Below are positions 21,978-32,234 of a stretch of DNA of 55,407 nt, piece by piece. Below the pieces are notes generated by a model. That model worked only from the letters and a program-made list of their open reading frames with translations, made no database searches and was not told the origin of the DNA. Made by a program: the position numbers and the translations under genes. Origin of the DNA: an uncultured virus (IMG/VR IMGVR_UViG_3300013382_000005) (lineage: Duplodnaviria; Heunggongvirae; Uroviricota; Caudoviricetes). Location: IMG/VR virus record IMGVR_UViG_3300013382_000005; one strand, written 5' to 3'. The first letter of the stretch is position 1, and every line of letters starts with the position of its first letter.

Positions 21978-22541
21978 TTACTGCTGCTCTGCTGCCTGCT
22001 TAAGCAGTGTATACATTGCAATAAATGCACTCGGAGGCATCTTATCAAGATCAAACGACTGATACAGGTGATTAGAACTGTCATCAACAAAACCATTGAC
22101 TTCATCTTCTCCAAATGCATCATATGCTTCCTGAACATAATTAATTGCATCAGCATACTTCTCCTGAAGCTCTTCAGTCCATACATCAGGATCATCATCA
22201 GAAGTACGATCAATAATATCTGTATCAGTAGTTTCTTCCGTAGAAGTATCTTCTGTTACAGTTTCATCAGTAGTAGTCTCTTCAGCGACAGGAGTATCAA
22301 CTACAGTAGGTTCAATAGTGGTCTCTTCTACTACAGGAGCAGATTCCTTCTTAGACTTCTTCTTAGTAACTGTAGGCATAGAAACAACATCTTCAACATC
22401 AGTAGAATCAGCTGTCATAAGACGAGAAAGAGAATCCATCATTCTCGTCATAATCTCACACTTATTATATGGGTCTGAGATCATCTTCAGCTGCTCAACT
22501 GTATTACTATAAAGCTTCTTATAAATTTCAGAATAATTCAT
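21978..22541 (-). CDS. Hypothetical acidic protein
   Basis: 187-aa ORF with SD AAGGA and a T/E-rich linker. Confidence 0.75.
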   Translation of the reverse strand: MNYSEIYKKLYSNTVEQLKMISDPYNKCEIMTRMMDSLSRLMTADSTDVEDVVSMPTVTKKKSKKESAPVVEETTIEPTVVDTPVAEETTTDETVTEDTSTEETTDTDIIDRTSDDDPDVWTEELQEKYADAINYVQEAYDAFGEDEVNGFVDDSSNHLYQSFDLDKMPPSAFIAMYTLLKQAAEQQ

Positions 22542-22570
22542 TTTATTATATCCTTTGTAAATCTTTAATT

Positions 22571-22883
22571 GTCAGCTACTCATGATTAAAATCACAAGCT
22601 TGTAACTAGAATATTTTTATTCTACTAAAAGTTATGTAGAATCGAAGTTCAAACGAAATTGAATTCTCCTTCGCTTCTGCTACATCGTCGGGTGACTGAC
22701 CGCACCCGTTTCTTACCTAGAATATATCCAGACAATACTTATTTCTAATATAAAATCTATGCCATTTTTAAATTAGTGTCTTAAATATAATATTTATATT
22801 CAACGGTTCTCTAATTTAAAATAGATTTTACTTTTTTAAAATATTTCATCTCATCATTAAAATAACGAGTATCCATATTTTAT
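22571..22883 (-). mobile_element. ORF-less IS200/IS605-like element (MITE/omega-RNA-like), copy 1
   Basis: Near-duplicate of 55103-55406. End hairpins ACTCGTTATTTTAATGATGAG and GCTTGTGATTTTAATCATGAGT-AGCTGAC. Confidence 0.75.
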
Positions 22884-24220
22884 ATTAAATAAATAATTTC
22901 AGGCGAGTCAGAAACGCCATTGACATAATCAGAAGTTATATTAATAGACTTAATCTTACCTTCTGGACAAATCTTCATATACTTGAGTAAGAGAGACTCC
23001 ATGATCCCACGGAGCCCTCTTGCTCCAGTTCTTTTCTGAATTGCTATATTAGCTATAGCAGATAATGCATCATCTGTAAATGTCAGATCAACATTATCAT
23101 ACTTTAACAACTTCTTATACTGTTTGCAGAGAGAATTTTTTGGTTCAACCATAATCTTTATAAGTGCTTCTTGAGTCAGATCGTCAAGAGTACATATAAT
23201 GGGAAGTCTGCCGATCATTTCGGGAATTAAACCAAATCGACGCAGATCATCAGTTGTAACCTGATCTATAACATCTCCAAGTTTAATTTCTTTCTTTTTC
23301 TTAGGAGTAGAACTGAATCCTAATCCAGATTCACACATACCAAGTCTTTGAGATATGATCTTTTCAATTCCTTCAAAAGATCCACCACAAATGAATAATA
23401 TATTTTTAGTATTCAGCTTAATACATTCTTCAGTTGGTGATCTCTTATTGCCATTTGGTATATCTACTACTGCTCCTTCAATAAGTTTAAGAAGACCCTG
23501 TTGGACTGCTTCACCGCCAACATCTTTTGAAAGCGATACATCTTCTCCCTTGCGAGATATCTTATCGAACTCATCAAAATATACGATACCTCTTTCTGCT
23601 TTTGAGATATCACCATTTGCTTCGTTTAATAAGGTTTTGAGACTAGACTCAACATCTGCACCGGCATATCCAGCTGCTGTAAGTTTTGATGTATCACATA
23701 TTGCAAGTGGTACATCAAGACACTTAGCAAGAGTCTGAAGTAATAATGTTTTGCCGCTGCCGGTACTTCCAAGCATAAGTATATTACTTTTGCTGATTTC
23801 AGTAGTGTCTATCTCATCTTGATCAAGAATCATCTTATAATGATTATATACTGCAACAGATATAATATCTTTAGCTTTATCCTGACCAATAACATATTGA
23901 TCTAAATAAGCTTTTATTTCAGATGGTTTACGTATGGTAAAATTACTGGCATCATAATCAAGTATATTATCATTGTCAGTTTTTATCTTACTGTTTTGCG
24001 CAATACGCTTTTTTCTTGTTGTATTAGTAGATTTATTTGTTTCCGTAAGACAGTCCTCATCATTTCTATGAATATAATGATGTAACATATCTATACATTT
24101 AAAGCAAATATATTTGTTTCCACTACTAATCAGATGTTCAGTATTATCGTCACCACAAAAAGTACAGCAAGCATCTGTCTCAACCTGTCTGGAATTATTT
24201 TTTGTCTTATTATTTGCCAT
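22880..24220 (-). CDS. clpX: ClpX ATPase
   Basis: Zn finger CTFCG...CFKC; VIGQ..AK, YNHYK, KSNILMLGSTGSGKT, DEFDKI, TGARGLR. Confidence 0.95.
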   Translation of the reverse strand: MANNKTKNNSRQVETDACCTFCGDDNTEHLISSGNKYICFKCIDMLHHYIHRNDEDCLTETNKSTNTTRKKRIAQNSKIKTDNDNILDYDASNFTIRKPSEIKAYLDQYVIGQDKAKDIISVAVYNHYKMILDQDEIDTTEISKSNILMLGSTGSGKTLLLQTLAKCLDVPLAICDTSKLTAAGYAGADVESSLKTLLNEANGDISKAERGIVYFDEFDKISRKGEDVSLSKDVGGEAVQQGLLKLIEGAVVDIPNGNKRSPTEECIKLNTKNILFICGGSFEGIEKIISQRLGMCESGLGFSSTPKKKKEIKLGDVIDQVTTDDLRRFGLIPEMIGRLPIICTLDDLTQEALIKIMVEPKNSLCKQYKKLLKYDNVDLTFTDDALSAIANIAIQKRTGARGLRGIMESLLLKYMKICPEGKIKSINITSDYVNGVSDSPEIIYLI

Positions 24221-24269
24221 ATTTAAAATATCTTTAGTAAATTGTACATTCTATTAAATATAAAGCCAA

Positions 24270-24446
24270 TTAAAGAATCTTATTTATCTTCTTATTGACT
24301 ATAGAACGGATTTTGCGTTTATGCTTACGTTTTATGTACTTACCAATATCTCCTGACATTAATGTTTCGATATCATTTAATGTAGAGGCACATTTTCCTG
24401 CCTTTCTTGAGATATCGTATAAGCTACTTACGAGTTTACTAGCCAT
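24270..24446 (-). CDS. Small basic hypothetical protein (58 aa), not in the ORF track
   Basis: MASKLVSSLYDISRKAGKCASTLNDIETLMSGDIGKYIKRKHKRK...; ATG overlaps the HU stop (TAATG). Confidence 0.6.
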   Translation of the reverse strand: MASKLVSSLYDISRKAGKCASTLNDIETLMSGDIGKYIKRKHKRKIRSIVNKKINKIL

Positions 24447-24760
24447 TAGCTATTACTCTTTGCATCCCTGAAGGCAAACTTAAGCTTCTTACTTGGAGTA
24501 AAGCTTACCTTCTTGTGAGCCGGAACAACCCTAACCTCACCCTTTCTTTCACCAAAGTTTATTGTTGTAGCCTTTTCCTTGACGTCAGTAATCTTAAATG
24601 TTCCTATATTAAAAGTACAACTATCGCCAAGGATAAGTACATCCTCAAGCATGTCAAACACCTTTGTTGTCATACTTCTGGCTTCAGCAATACTTATACT
24701 ATGCTTTTCTGCAAGCTTTCTTACAAATGTCTCAACATTAATCTTATTAGTTGTTGTCAT
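24446..24760 (-). CDS. HU/IHF family DNA-binding protein
   Basis: IGTFKI....K...VPAHKKVSFTPSKKLK. Confidence 0.85.
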   Translation of the reverse strand: MTTTNKINVETFVRKLAEKHSISIAEARSMTTKVFDMLEDVLILGDSCTFNIGTFKITDVKEKATTINFGERKGEVRVVPAHKKVSFTPSKKLKFAFRDAKSNS

Positions 24761-24794
24761 TATAAAATACCTTTCTCAAATTATTATATATATT

Positions 24795-24826
24795 AAAAAA
24801 GATAGGATTATAAAATCCTATCTTTT
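24795..24826. terminator. Intrinsic terminator-like hairpin after nrdG
   Basis: AAAAGATAGGATT...AATCCTATCTTTT inverted repeat with T tracts. Confidence 0.6.
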
Positions 24827-24830
24827 ATTT

Positions 24831-25385
24831 TTAATCAATCGTAATAATCGAAGACAAACTATTATTTATTTGATTCTTTCTTGTAGTTTGAACATCTATA
24901 ACTCTCTGATTAGAAGATCCACGCCATTTAAGACGCAAATCTCTTAAATCATCTTTATATGGTCCATCTACAAAAACATCACAATTATTTATAAGATGTC
25001 TTCGCGCATTCATTATTTTTATATCTTCATCTGGAATATTGGGATCACTAAAAATCTGCCCCCAAGTAAATCCAGACCAAATCCATACATTCTTATCTAA
25101 TTCTTCTCTTATCTTTATAGCTAAACGTGTAAGACCAAATATATCTTTTTCATTTTGCCATAAAGGATCTCCACCTAATATAGATAATCCTGCTATATGA
25201 GGTTTAGATACTAATTGAAGAATTTTATATTCTGTATCTTCTGTATATTGCTTGCCACAGTTATAATTTTGAGCTTCTTTATTGAAGCAATTATAGCAAT
25301 GAAATTGACAACCAGATACAAATAAAGATACGCGAATACCTGGACCATTAGATATGTCCATTTGTCTTATACAAGAATAATTCAA
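24831..25385 (-). CDS. nrdG: Anaerobic ribonucleotide reductase activase
   Basis: NGPGIRVSLFVSGCQFHCYNCFN, LGGDP, VDGPY, RGSSNQR; directly after nrdD. Confidence 0.95.
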   Translation of the reverse strand: MNYSCIRQMDISNGPGIRVSLFVSGCQFHCYNCFNKEAQNYNCGKQYTEDTEYKILQLVSKPHIAGLSILGGDPLWQNEKDIFGLTRLAIKIREELDKNVWIWSGFTWGQIFSDPNIPDEDIKIMNARRHLINNCDVFVDGPYKDDLRDLRLKWRGSSNQRVIDVQTTRKNQINNSLSSIITID

Positions 25386-28300
25386 TTGTTTACCTCATGA
25401 TTATCCATATGAACATATCTTTCTGCTATTTCTTGTGTACGCCCCTGATTCCAAAATTGAGTACCTATATCCTTTATACCTTCGGTTTCCCGATATTTAT
25501 AAGAGGAGTAGACTATACAATATAATTATTTGCTTTATTACATCAACATCTTTGAAAATCTCTAAAATTATAATTACTTTTATATGTTCCATCAAAGTTT
25601 CTTATAACATGTTCAATTTGCAAAGTGTAATCTGTATTCTCTTTAGCAGTGCACCATTCTAAATTTTCAGCCCTGTTATCATTTCTAACACAATTTTTAT
25701 GATTAACGTATTTTTTATTTTCTGGATTTGGCAAAAAATATTGTGCTACCAATCTATGAATATATAAATCTTTTCTTTTATTTGTAGAATTTTGCCTCGC
25801 ATAAATACGTGCATATCCATTCCTTGTTAATCGAGGATTTATCTTATAAAGTTCTATTGTTTTATTTCTATTTCTATTTCCTTGTCCTAAATTGCAATAT
25901 ACATTGCCATCATCAGATATAAAATATCCTTTATAATCTATTATTGGTTTTATCATAGAACGTGTCTCTTTATATTATTATATAATAAGCAAATAATTAT
26001 TTGGTATTATAGTCGTTGAACATCTTCCTTCAGCTTTTCTGTTAAGGAATTTTGCTGCGTCTGAGTGACTTGCACACTCGGTTGTCCCTACACTAATTAC
26101 TTTTTATGGTTTCTATTTTATAAAAACTGTTGAGTTTTAAACTCGCACCGCATTCACATTTGTCGTTTCCAACTCTGTTGTAGCGAATTAGTATTATGGG
26201 GAGTTTCCCGCAATTTCACCAATTTAAAGTGGACTATATAGTTAATTTAATCCACATGTACGACGGGCGACATTCATTTTAGTCTGATCTTCATTACCAC
26301 AATTAGGGCAATGCCATGAAAGTTCACCGTCTTGATCGATTATTTGAATTTCTCCATCATAACCACATATCTGACAGTAATCACTCTTAGTATTGAGTTC
26401 AGCATACATTATGTTATCATATATATACTTAATAATTTCGAGAACAGCATCAATATTGTTCGTAAGATCTGCGCATTCAATATAACTTATTGCCAAAGGT
26501 TTTTAGCTTTAAGTTTGCTTTCTACAATATTGCGTAATTGTTTTTTCTTTTTTTCTGGAAGAGATTTTGTAAATTCTATTTTTTTATTATGTTCAGATTC
26601 GTTTGTAAAATCCTTAAATAATAGTTTTTCTGCATATAATCTCTTATAAACAGCTTCTTCTATAGATTCAGTATAACCTAAGTGACAACGTATTGAACCT
26701 AATCTAATTTCTGGATCATATCTATTTCTATCTTTACGATATGTGACTCCAATAAATCCTGAAGTATTATTGCTCATAAAAGATTTATTTAATACATTTT
26801 CACTTTGTTCACATATTCTAAGATTGCATTTTCTATTATCTTTAGGATTTCCATTAATATGATCTACTGCTATATTAGTAACAATGCGATTATCTAATCC
26901 TAAAATTACCCAACTTAATTCACGCTGTGTACCTTGTGATGGTAATCCTGTTACGATATGAGAATGAGAAAATCTCCATTTATGATATTTAACTTTAGAT
27001 AAATCTTCTGTATCAATAATAAATTCATCAATTTTTTCAGATGTTTTCCCATCGTATAAATATCCAATAGTTTGATCACCATTAATAATAAATTCATTTA
27101 AATCATTTTGTGTTCTTGGACATGTATCTAAGAATTCTCCATGATTAAATAACTGATGCATATGTTTAGAACATAATGTATATCCTTGCATTCTAATTTT
27201 TTTATATGATTCTCTTCCACAGACTTCACATGTATACATATTTTATTTTTTCCTTCCGACTATATCTTCTAGTAGCAGGTAACCACTGCTTCACTAGTTA
27301 TGCGCTTCCCAAAGTGATAAAATCTTTGGTACATTTAGTCTGTACACCTTCTATATATTAATATAGCTTGGCACGGGATTTCCATTTTAGTGTCCCCCGT
27401 TAGCTTACTATTACATAGTAAACACCGTTTTTTCTTACGTTCACACAATTTCAAGGTGGCTATTCAAAGTTATATTGAATGTTAGTTTAACCACCTGGAG
27501 ATAACTTCTGATATTCTGATTCAATCTTTAATTTCTCAAATGGATCTATATGTTCGCGGACATTTATATGATAACTATTAGTTATATAATCATGATCCGT
27601 TACATCTTTAATTATACCAAAACGTTTCTGCAAGCACTTAGCAAATTTAAATGTAGTCGACTCGATAGGGCTCCCATACGTCGAGTATGCAATATCTTCA
27701 TTATTTTTCCACTCATTACATTTATCATTGAGAGCTTGCATAACTTTTAATCCAAACTCTTTCCCTATACCGTGCGAATGTGACTCACCTGTCATATACT
27801 TTACGCATTCATAAAGTCCTGCGTATCCAAGTGATAATGTACTATAGCCACCATGAAGTAATGGATGAATTGGCGCACCCTTAGGGAGTCTTGCTAATGC
27901 TCCATGTTGCCAAAGAATTGGCGCAACATCTGATGTAGCAAGTGCGAGTCTTTCATGCCTATATTGCAATGCTTTATGGCAAAGTTCCATGCGCTCGTCG
28001 AATAATTTCCAGAATTTATCTATGTCTTTACCTGACGATAAAGCAATATCTGGAAGATTGATTGTTACAACGCCTTGATTAACAATCTTCTATATATCAC
28101 TATATAGTTTAGACTATCTCTTCATACCTTTCTTCAGGTATACAGTGCTCTTCGGGCAGTGATAAAATCTGTCCTACCTCCTTATACTCATCAGGAGTAG
28201 TCGTTACACCTCTTAAATGTTCTATATTTTTAACCTTTTTGAACTCTAAAATGTTATATCTTTTTTTGAACCATTTTCTCTTAAAAAATTTGTTGATTGC

Positions 28301-31300
28301 TCCGTTACTATTAGGATGATTACAATAGTTTATAAAACTATTCGCTGGTGCAAAAGATAAAATTTTATCTTTTTGCTTATCATAAACAGTTAAATAAAAC
28401 ATATTCCCTATTCTATAATCGTTGTCAACACAATCTTTAATATTTTCCTGTTGAGTACCAACATATAGATTGTTTATATTATTATTAAGAGCGTTATCGT
28501 CTTTGTGATTCACTTGTTCTGTACTGTCAATGTTTTTGATCCACGTATCACATACCATTCTATGAACTGGAATATGTTTTTGCTTTCCGTTTATATAAAC
28601 GTCAACGCAATAATATTGCTTTTCTTTTCCACGAAGAACGTTCTTGACAATTTTTTGTGAAAATTTAGAAAATACTTGACCGTCAGAACTGACATAATAA
28701 TTATGATTGTGCCTATATTGTTTGAATTCTTTTCCGTTATAAATAATAGATTCCATATAATTTCCTCCTAATATGGCGTAATTATATTTTTAATTAGGCA
28801 CGGTATTGTCTCAAATGAGAGTTTCACCGTTAGCAGGATTTATTTCCCACATCGCTTTTTCTTGCGTTCACACTGTTTATGGTCGGCTTAATTTAGGCGG
28901 TTAACCGACCCCAATACTTAGGTTTATTTGTCTCTGGATCAATATATGGTGTCAAGAAACTTCTGCATCCCATACAAGCATATACATTGCCATTACCATT
29001 TTGGTCTACCTTGTCTCTACGCATAATTTTTGCCGAGATATAATCTGGTACCATACGTTTTGCTGTACATTTAGCAGATAATACCGTTAAATACCAAAAT
29101 GGAGAATCTTCAGTTATATTATTTTCATCGAGAACATAAAGAAGCTTAGGAAATGCAGGTGTAACATAATGACCAGATTCATTTTTAAAACCTAATATTC
29201 TTTGTTTCAAAAATTCTTCAATCAATAGTGCAGTTTCATGCTGATATTCTATATTATCATTAAGATACATAAACACAGAAAGAAATGGAGCTTGTCCATT
29301 AGTATTTGTCATGCTATTAACTTGATAGTTAAAAGTTTGTACAGCATCTTCAATTTCTTTCTTAGTATCAATTTCTGCCCATTTGTTTGATGATATTGCA
29401 TCAAATCCGCGATTAATATATTTATCAATATAAATGTTATAACTATCTCTCACAAATGGTGCGAGATCAGATAAATTTATTGATGCTCCACCATATGAAG
29501 AGCTAGTAACTGCTGTTATAATCTGAGTTGCAATAGTAGCAGCCGTAATTAGTCTATGCGGTTTATCTATTTTAACACCATTTATTGCAGTTCCGTTTTG
29601 AAGCATATCTGCGAGATTTATAAGCTCGCAATTGTGAAGTGATTTTTGTGCAAAATAATCCTTATCGTGAAAATGTAATATTCCACATTCGTCTGCTTCA
29701 ACTATATCTTTAGATAATAATAAACGTTTAGTAATATCTGTACTTGTTATCCCAGCAAGATAATCTCTTTGAGTAGTTACAATTCTTGGATTCTTATTAG
29801 AATTTTCTTTATTCCAATAATCCGAAGTACCATCAATTAATTCTTTTATGCTTTGATCTGTGGTATTTGCTTCTCTTATTAACTTATGCAAAAATCTATA
29901 TTCAACATAAGTTTTGGCTATATCTTTATGTTTTGAAGCCATGAGCTTATTTTCTACAATATTCTGAATCTCTTCAACATCGAATTCATCAGCATTCATA
30001 GCTTCAATTGAATCGGCAATCTTTAACGATATACCAGTAGAGTCTTCTTGATTATTATCTGCAAATGCTGCTTGTATAGCATTTATTATCTTTTGTTTAT
30101 CGAATGGAACTTTACGTCCCCGTTATATTTAGCATAAAACTAAATTTACTGCTTCACAGCGTTCCATTTTGTCAAATGACTACTCTGGTTTTCATAACGC
30201 TCCACAGCATTGAGGTGTAACGACACCTATATGATTAAAGTCTTTACAATTTTGTTATTGTAATTTCAGACAGTATACCTTTGCAAATTTAAAGCAGCTT
30301 GATAGTCTCTATCTATAGCAAAACCACACTTTGGACAAACAAAGATTCTATCTTTTAATTTTAAATCTTTATGTATATGACCGCAATTTGAACATGTTTT
30401 GCTACTTGGATAATATCTATCTGCTTGGATAAATTCAATATTATTCCATTCACACTTATATTTANNNNNNNNNNTTCTGACGTATAAATTCACCAAAGCA
30501 TTCATTTTGAATGGATTTACTTAAATGCCGATTTTTCATCATACCTTTAACATTTAAATCTTTCATAACAACACGTGATGGATTCATTTTAATAATTGTA
30601 CTTGTGCATTGATGAATATAATTATTTCTTATATTAGATAAACGAGAATATATCTCCTTCAATCTTTCTATCAACTTTACAGTATTATTGCTTGTTATAT
30701 AGATACGCCCATTTTTATTTTGGCGGAATTTTCTGCTTATACTATGTTGATAATATTTAACGCGTTTTTCTAATTCTTTTATTCTTCTGCTTTTATTTAT
30801 ATTATGGAATATTATTGATTTATCATTATATGCAACAACTGCAAGTTCTTTAACGCCAAGATCAATTCCAACTCTTATATCTTCGTGCGTCTGTATTTGG
30901 TTCTCACACTCGATGCTAAAAGATATAATCCATTTATTATTTATATGCGTTATACGAACATTGCTGAACTTTTGTTTATTTCCAATTGGTAAGTCAAAAT
31001 CTGTTTTATACTTGACTCTTCCTATTAACTGAATTTGAACATCCTTGTTGTCACGAAAATAAAATTTTTCATTACAAACAGGATATGATTCTTTTGAATG
31101 TTTTTTACTTTTAAACTTAGGGAATCCAGATATTTTAGCAAAAAATCTATCATAAGCATTCTGTAAATCTATACATACTCTTTGTAAACTAGTGTTAGAT
31201 ACATTATATAACCACTCATGCTCACCATCATTTTTTAATGGTTTAAGTAGTTTTATCATATCAAATGCTGTTAGATGTTTTTTACCATTATTATATTCTA

Positions 31301-31943
31301 TGATTTGATATTCTAACATCCAATTCCAAATATATCTGCAAGAACTTATGTGTTGATATAATTTCTGCTCCTGATCCTTTGTTGGAAACAAACGAACTTT
31401 ATAGCCTTTAATCATGTTGTTCTCCTTTCTTATTGAAATGGTATATACTAATATATTACCATATAAACACGTTCTTAAGAAAAGAGAATTTTAGTTTTTT
31501 AGACGCTACTCTTTGCTGAGTCATTAAAACTCCTCATACTTTTCGTATGAGCGTAGACTATATCTTCATTTTATCATGTTTTACGAATTATAAAAATGAT
31601 AAAAGATTACCATTTCGATTTAAGGGATTCTCACCCACGCCAATCACTTGCGCCCTACTCCTAAAGATATTGATAAAATATCCAATGGGATAGTCGTTGA
31701 ACCTTATTCTATTCGAATCTTGGCTGCTGATTTGCCATTACAAATACTTAGGATTTAACCATATACCATCTATTTATTTTTTCTACTTTCGTAACCATCA
31801 CATTTAGACTTGTTTCATTCTTATGTTGTGGTATAAATAGCTTTAGGCTGTTCCAGCAATTAGATAATTTTTTTTTACACACACATTGCTGTATGCGGAG
31901 ACTGAACTTAAGGTTAATCTCTTTTAATTACTATGGTTTTCAT
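25382..31943 (-). CDS. nrdD: Class III ribonucleotide reductase, 5 exons (31917-31943, 28904-30119, 27490-28082, 26250-26493, 25382-25470), 722 aa spliced
   Basis: Junctions give [16 protein letters not shown] (ATP cone), GR-F-NQGVV (Phe codon split), SPGG|AISY and RTCG-Y-IG (glycyl radical motif, Tyr codon split); also MGCRS, YITNSYH. Confidence 0.95.
25471..26249 (-). ncRNA. Group I intron nrdD-I4 (779 nt) with HNH ORF in P8
   Basis: P1 GTGGAT/GTCCAC; AATTGCGGGAAA, ACGCAGCAAA, TTCAACGACTA, GTATAGTCT; terminal G. Confidence 0.92.
25543..25956 (-). CDS. Intron-encoded NUMOD4-like/HNH endonuclease
   Basis: [41 protein letters not shown]. Confidence 0.9.
   Translation of the reverse strand: MIKPIIDYKGYFISDDGNVYCNLGQGNRNRNKTIELYKINPRLTRNGYARIYARQNSTNKRKDLYIHRLVAQYFLPNPENKKYVNHKNCVRNDNRAENLEWCTAKENTDYTLQIEHVIRNFDGTYKSNYNFRDFQRC
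26487..27239 (-). CDS. Intron-encoded HNH endonuclease with AP2-like C-terminus
   Basis: [28 protein letters not shown].....EA...R..AE. Confidence 0.9.
   Translation of the reverse strand: MYTCEVCGRESYKKIRMQGYTLCSKHMHQLFNHGEFLDTCPRTQNDLNEFIINGDQTIGYLYDGKTSEKIDEFIIDTEDLSKVKYHKWRFSHSHIVTGLPSQGTQRELSWVILGLDNRIVTNIAVDHINGNPKDNRKCNLRICEQSENVLNKSFMSNNTSGFIGVTYRKDRNRYDPEIRLGSIRCHLGYTESIEEAVYKRLYAEKLLFKDFTNESEHNKKIEFTKSLPEKKKKQLRNIVESKLKAKNLWQ
26494..27489 (-). ncRNA. Group I intron nrdD-I3 (996 nt) with HNH-AP2 ORF
   Basis: P1 GGTGGT/GCCACC; GCTAACGGGG, CCCGTGCCAAG, GTACAGACTA, GAAGATATAGTC; ends TTTG|GCA. Confidence 0.92.
28083..28903 (-). ncRNA. Group I intron nrdD-I2 (821 nt) with HNH ORF
   Basis: P1 GGTCGGT/GCCGACC; GCTAACGGTGAA, ACCGTGCC, GTAACGACTA, AGAGATAGTCT; terminal G. 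Confidence 0.92.
28109..28756 (-). CDS. Intron-encoded HNH homing endonuclease
   Basis: YYVSSDG.V.S, VHRMV...[16 protein letters not shown]. Confidence 0.9.
   Translation of the reverse strand: MESIIYNGKEFKQYRHNHNYYVSSDGQVFSKFSQKIVKNVLRGKEKQYYCVDVYINGKQKHIPVHRMVCDTWIKNIDSTEQVNHKDDNALNNNINNLYVGTQQENIKDCVDNDYRIGNMFYLTVYDKQKDKILSFAPANSFINYCNHPNSNGAINKFFKRKWFKKRYNILEFKKVKNIEHLRGVTTTPDEYKEVGQILSLPEEHCIPEERYEEIV
30120..31916 (-). mobile_element. nrdD-I1: group I intron carrying IS607-type tnpB and omega-RNA, no transposase
   Basis: P1 GAGAT/GTCTC; core AATTGCTGGAA, AATCAGCAGCC, TTCAACGACTA, AAGATATAGTC; tnpB follows the core; ends TATAACGG at the 3' splice site. Contains an N gap. Confidence 0.88.
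30266..31415 (-). CDS. tnpB: TnpB (IS607-type), interrupted by an assembly gap; RuvC-II Glu replaced by Lys
   Basis: GIDLGVK, VVMKDL (usually EDL), [34 protein letters not shown]. Confidence 0.88.
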
Positions 31944-32234
31944 ATGTGTTATATATCTCACTTAACTTTATAAATAGTATTTTTAACCTATTTTTATTAT
32001 TAGGTAAGGAAGATATTACTCATATACGTTTGTCTTATCTGTCTTAATAATGCAAATCATATATTAGTAATATCTTCTATATTGTCATTTTAAACAAATC
32101 TTATTTGTTGTTAAAACAGACAAAATACTATAAATAAAATTATATCTTTTGCACTATTAATTATTTAACTCAGCATCAATCTGCTTAAATTTTAAATCTA
32201 AGCTGCTGAGTTTATGATTATATATTTTATGTTT

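Noticed and set aside
10472..31943. Stop-codon recoding or pseudogenes as the explanation for fragmented recA, gyrA, gyrB and nrdD
   Set aside because: Every break is explained by an intron with exact in-frame junctions; other genes are intact in the standard code.
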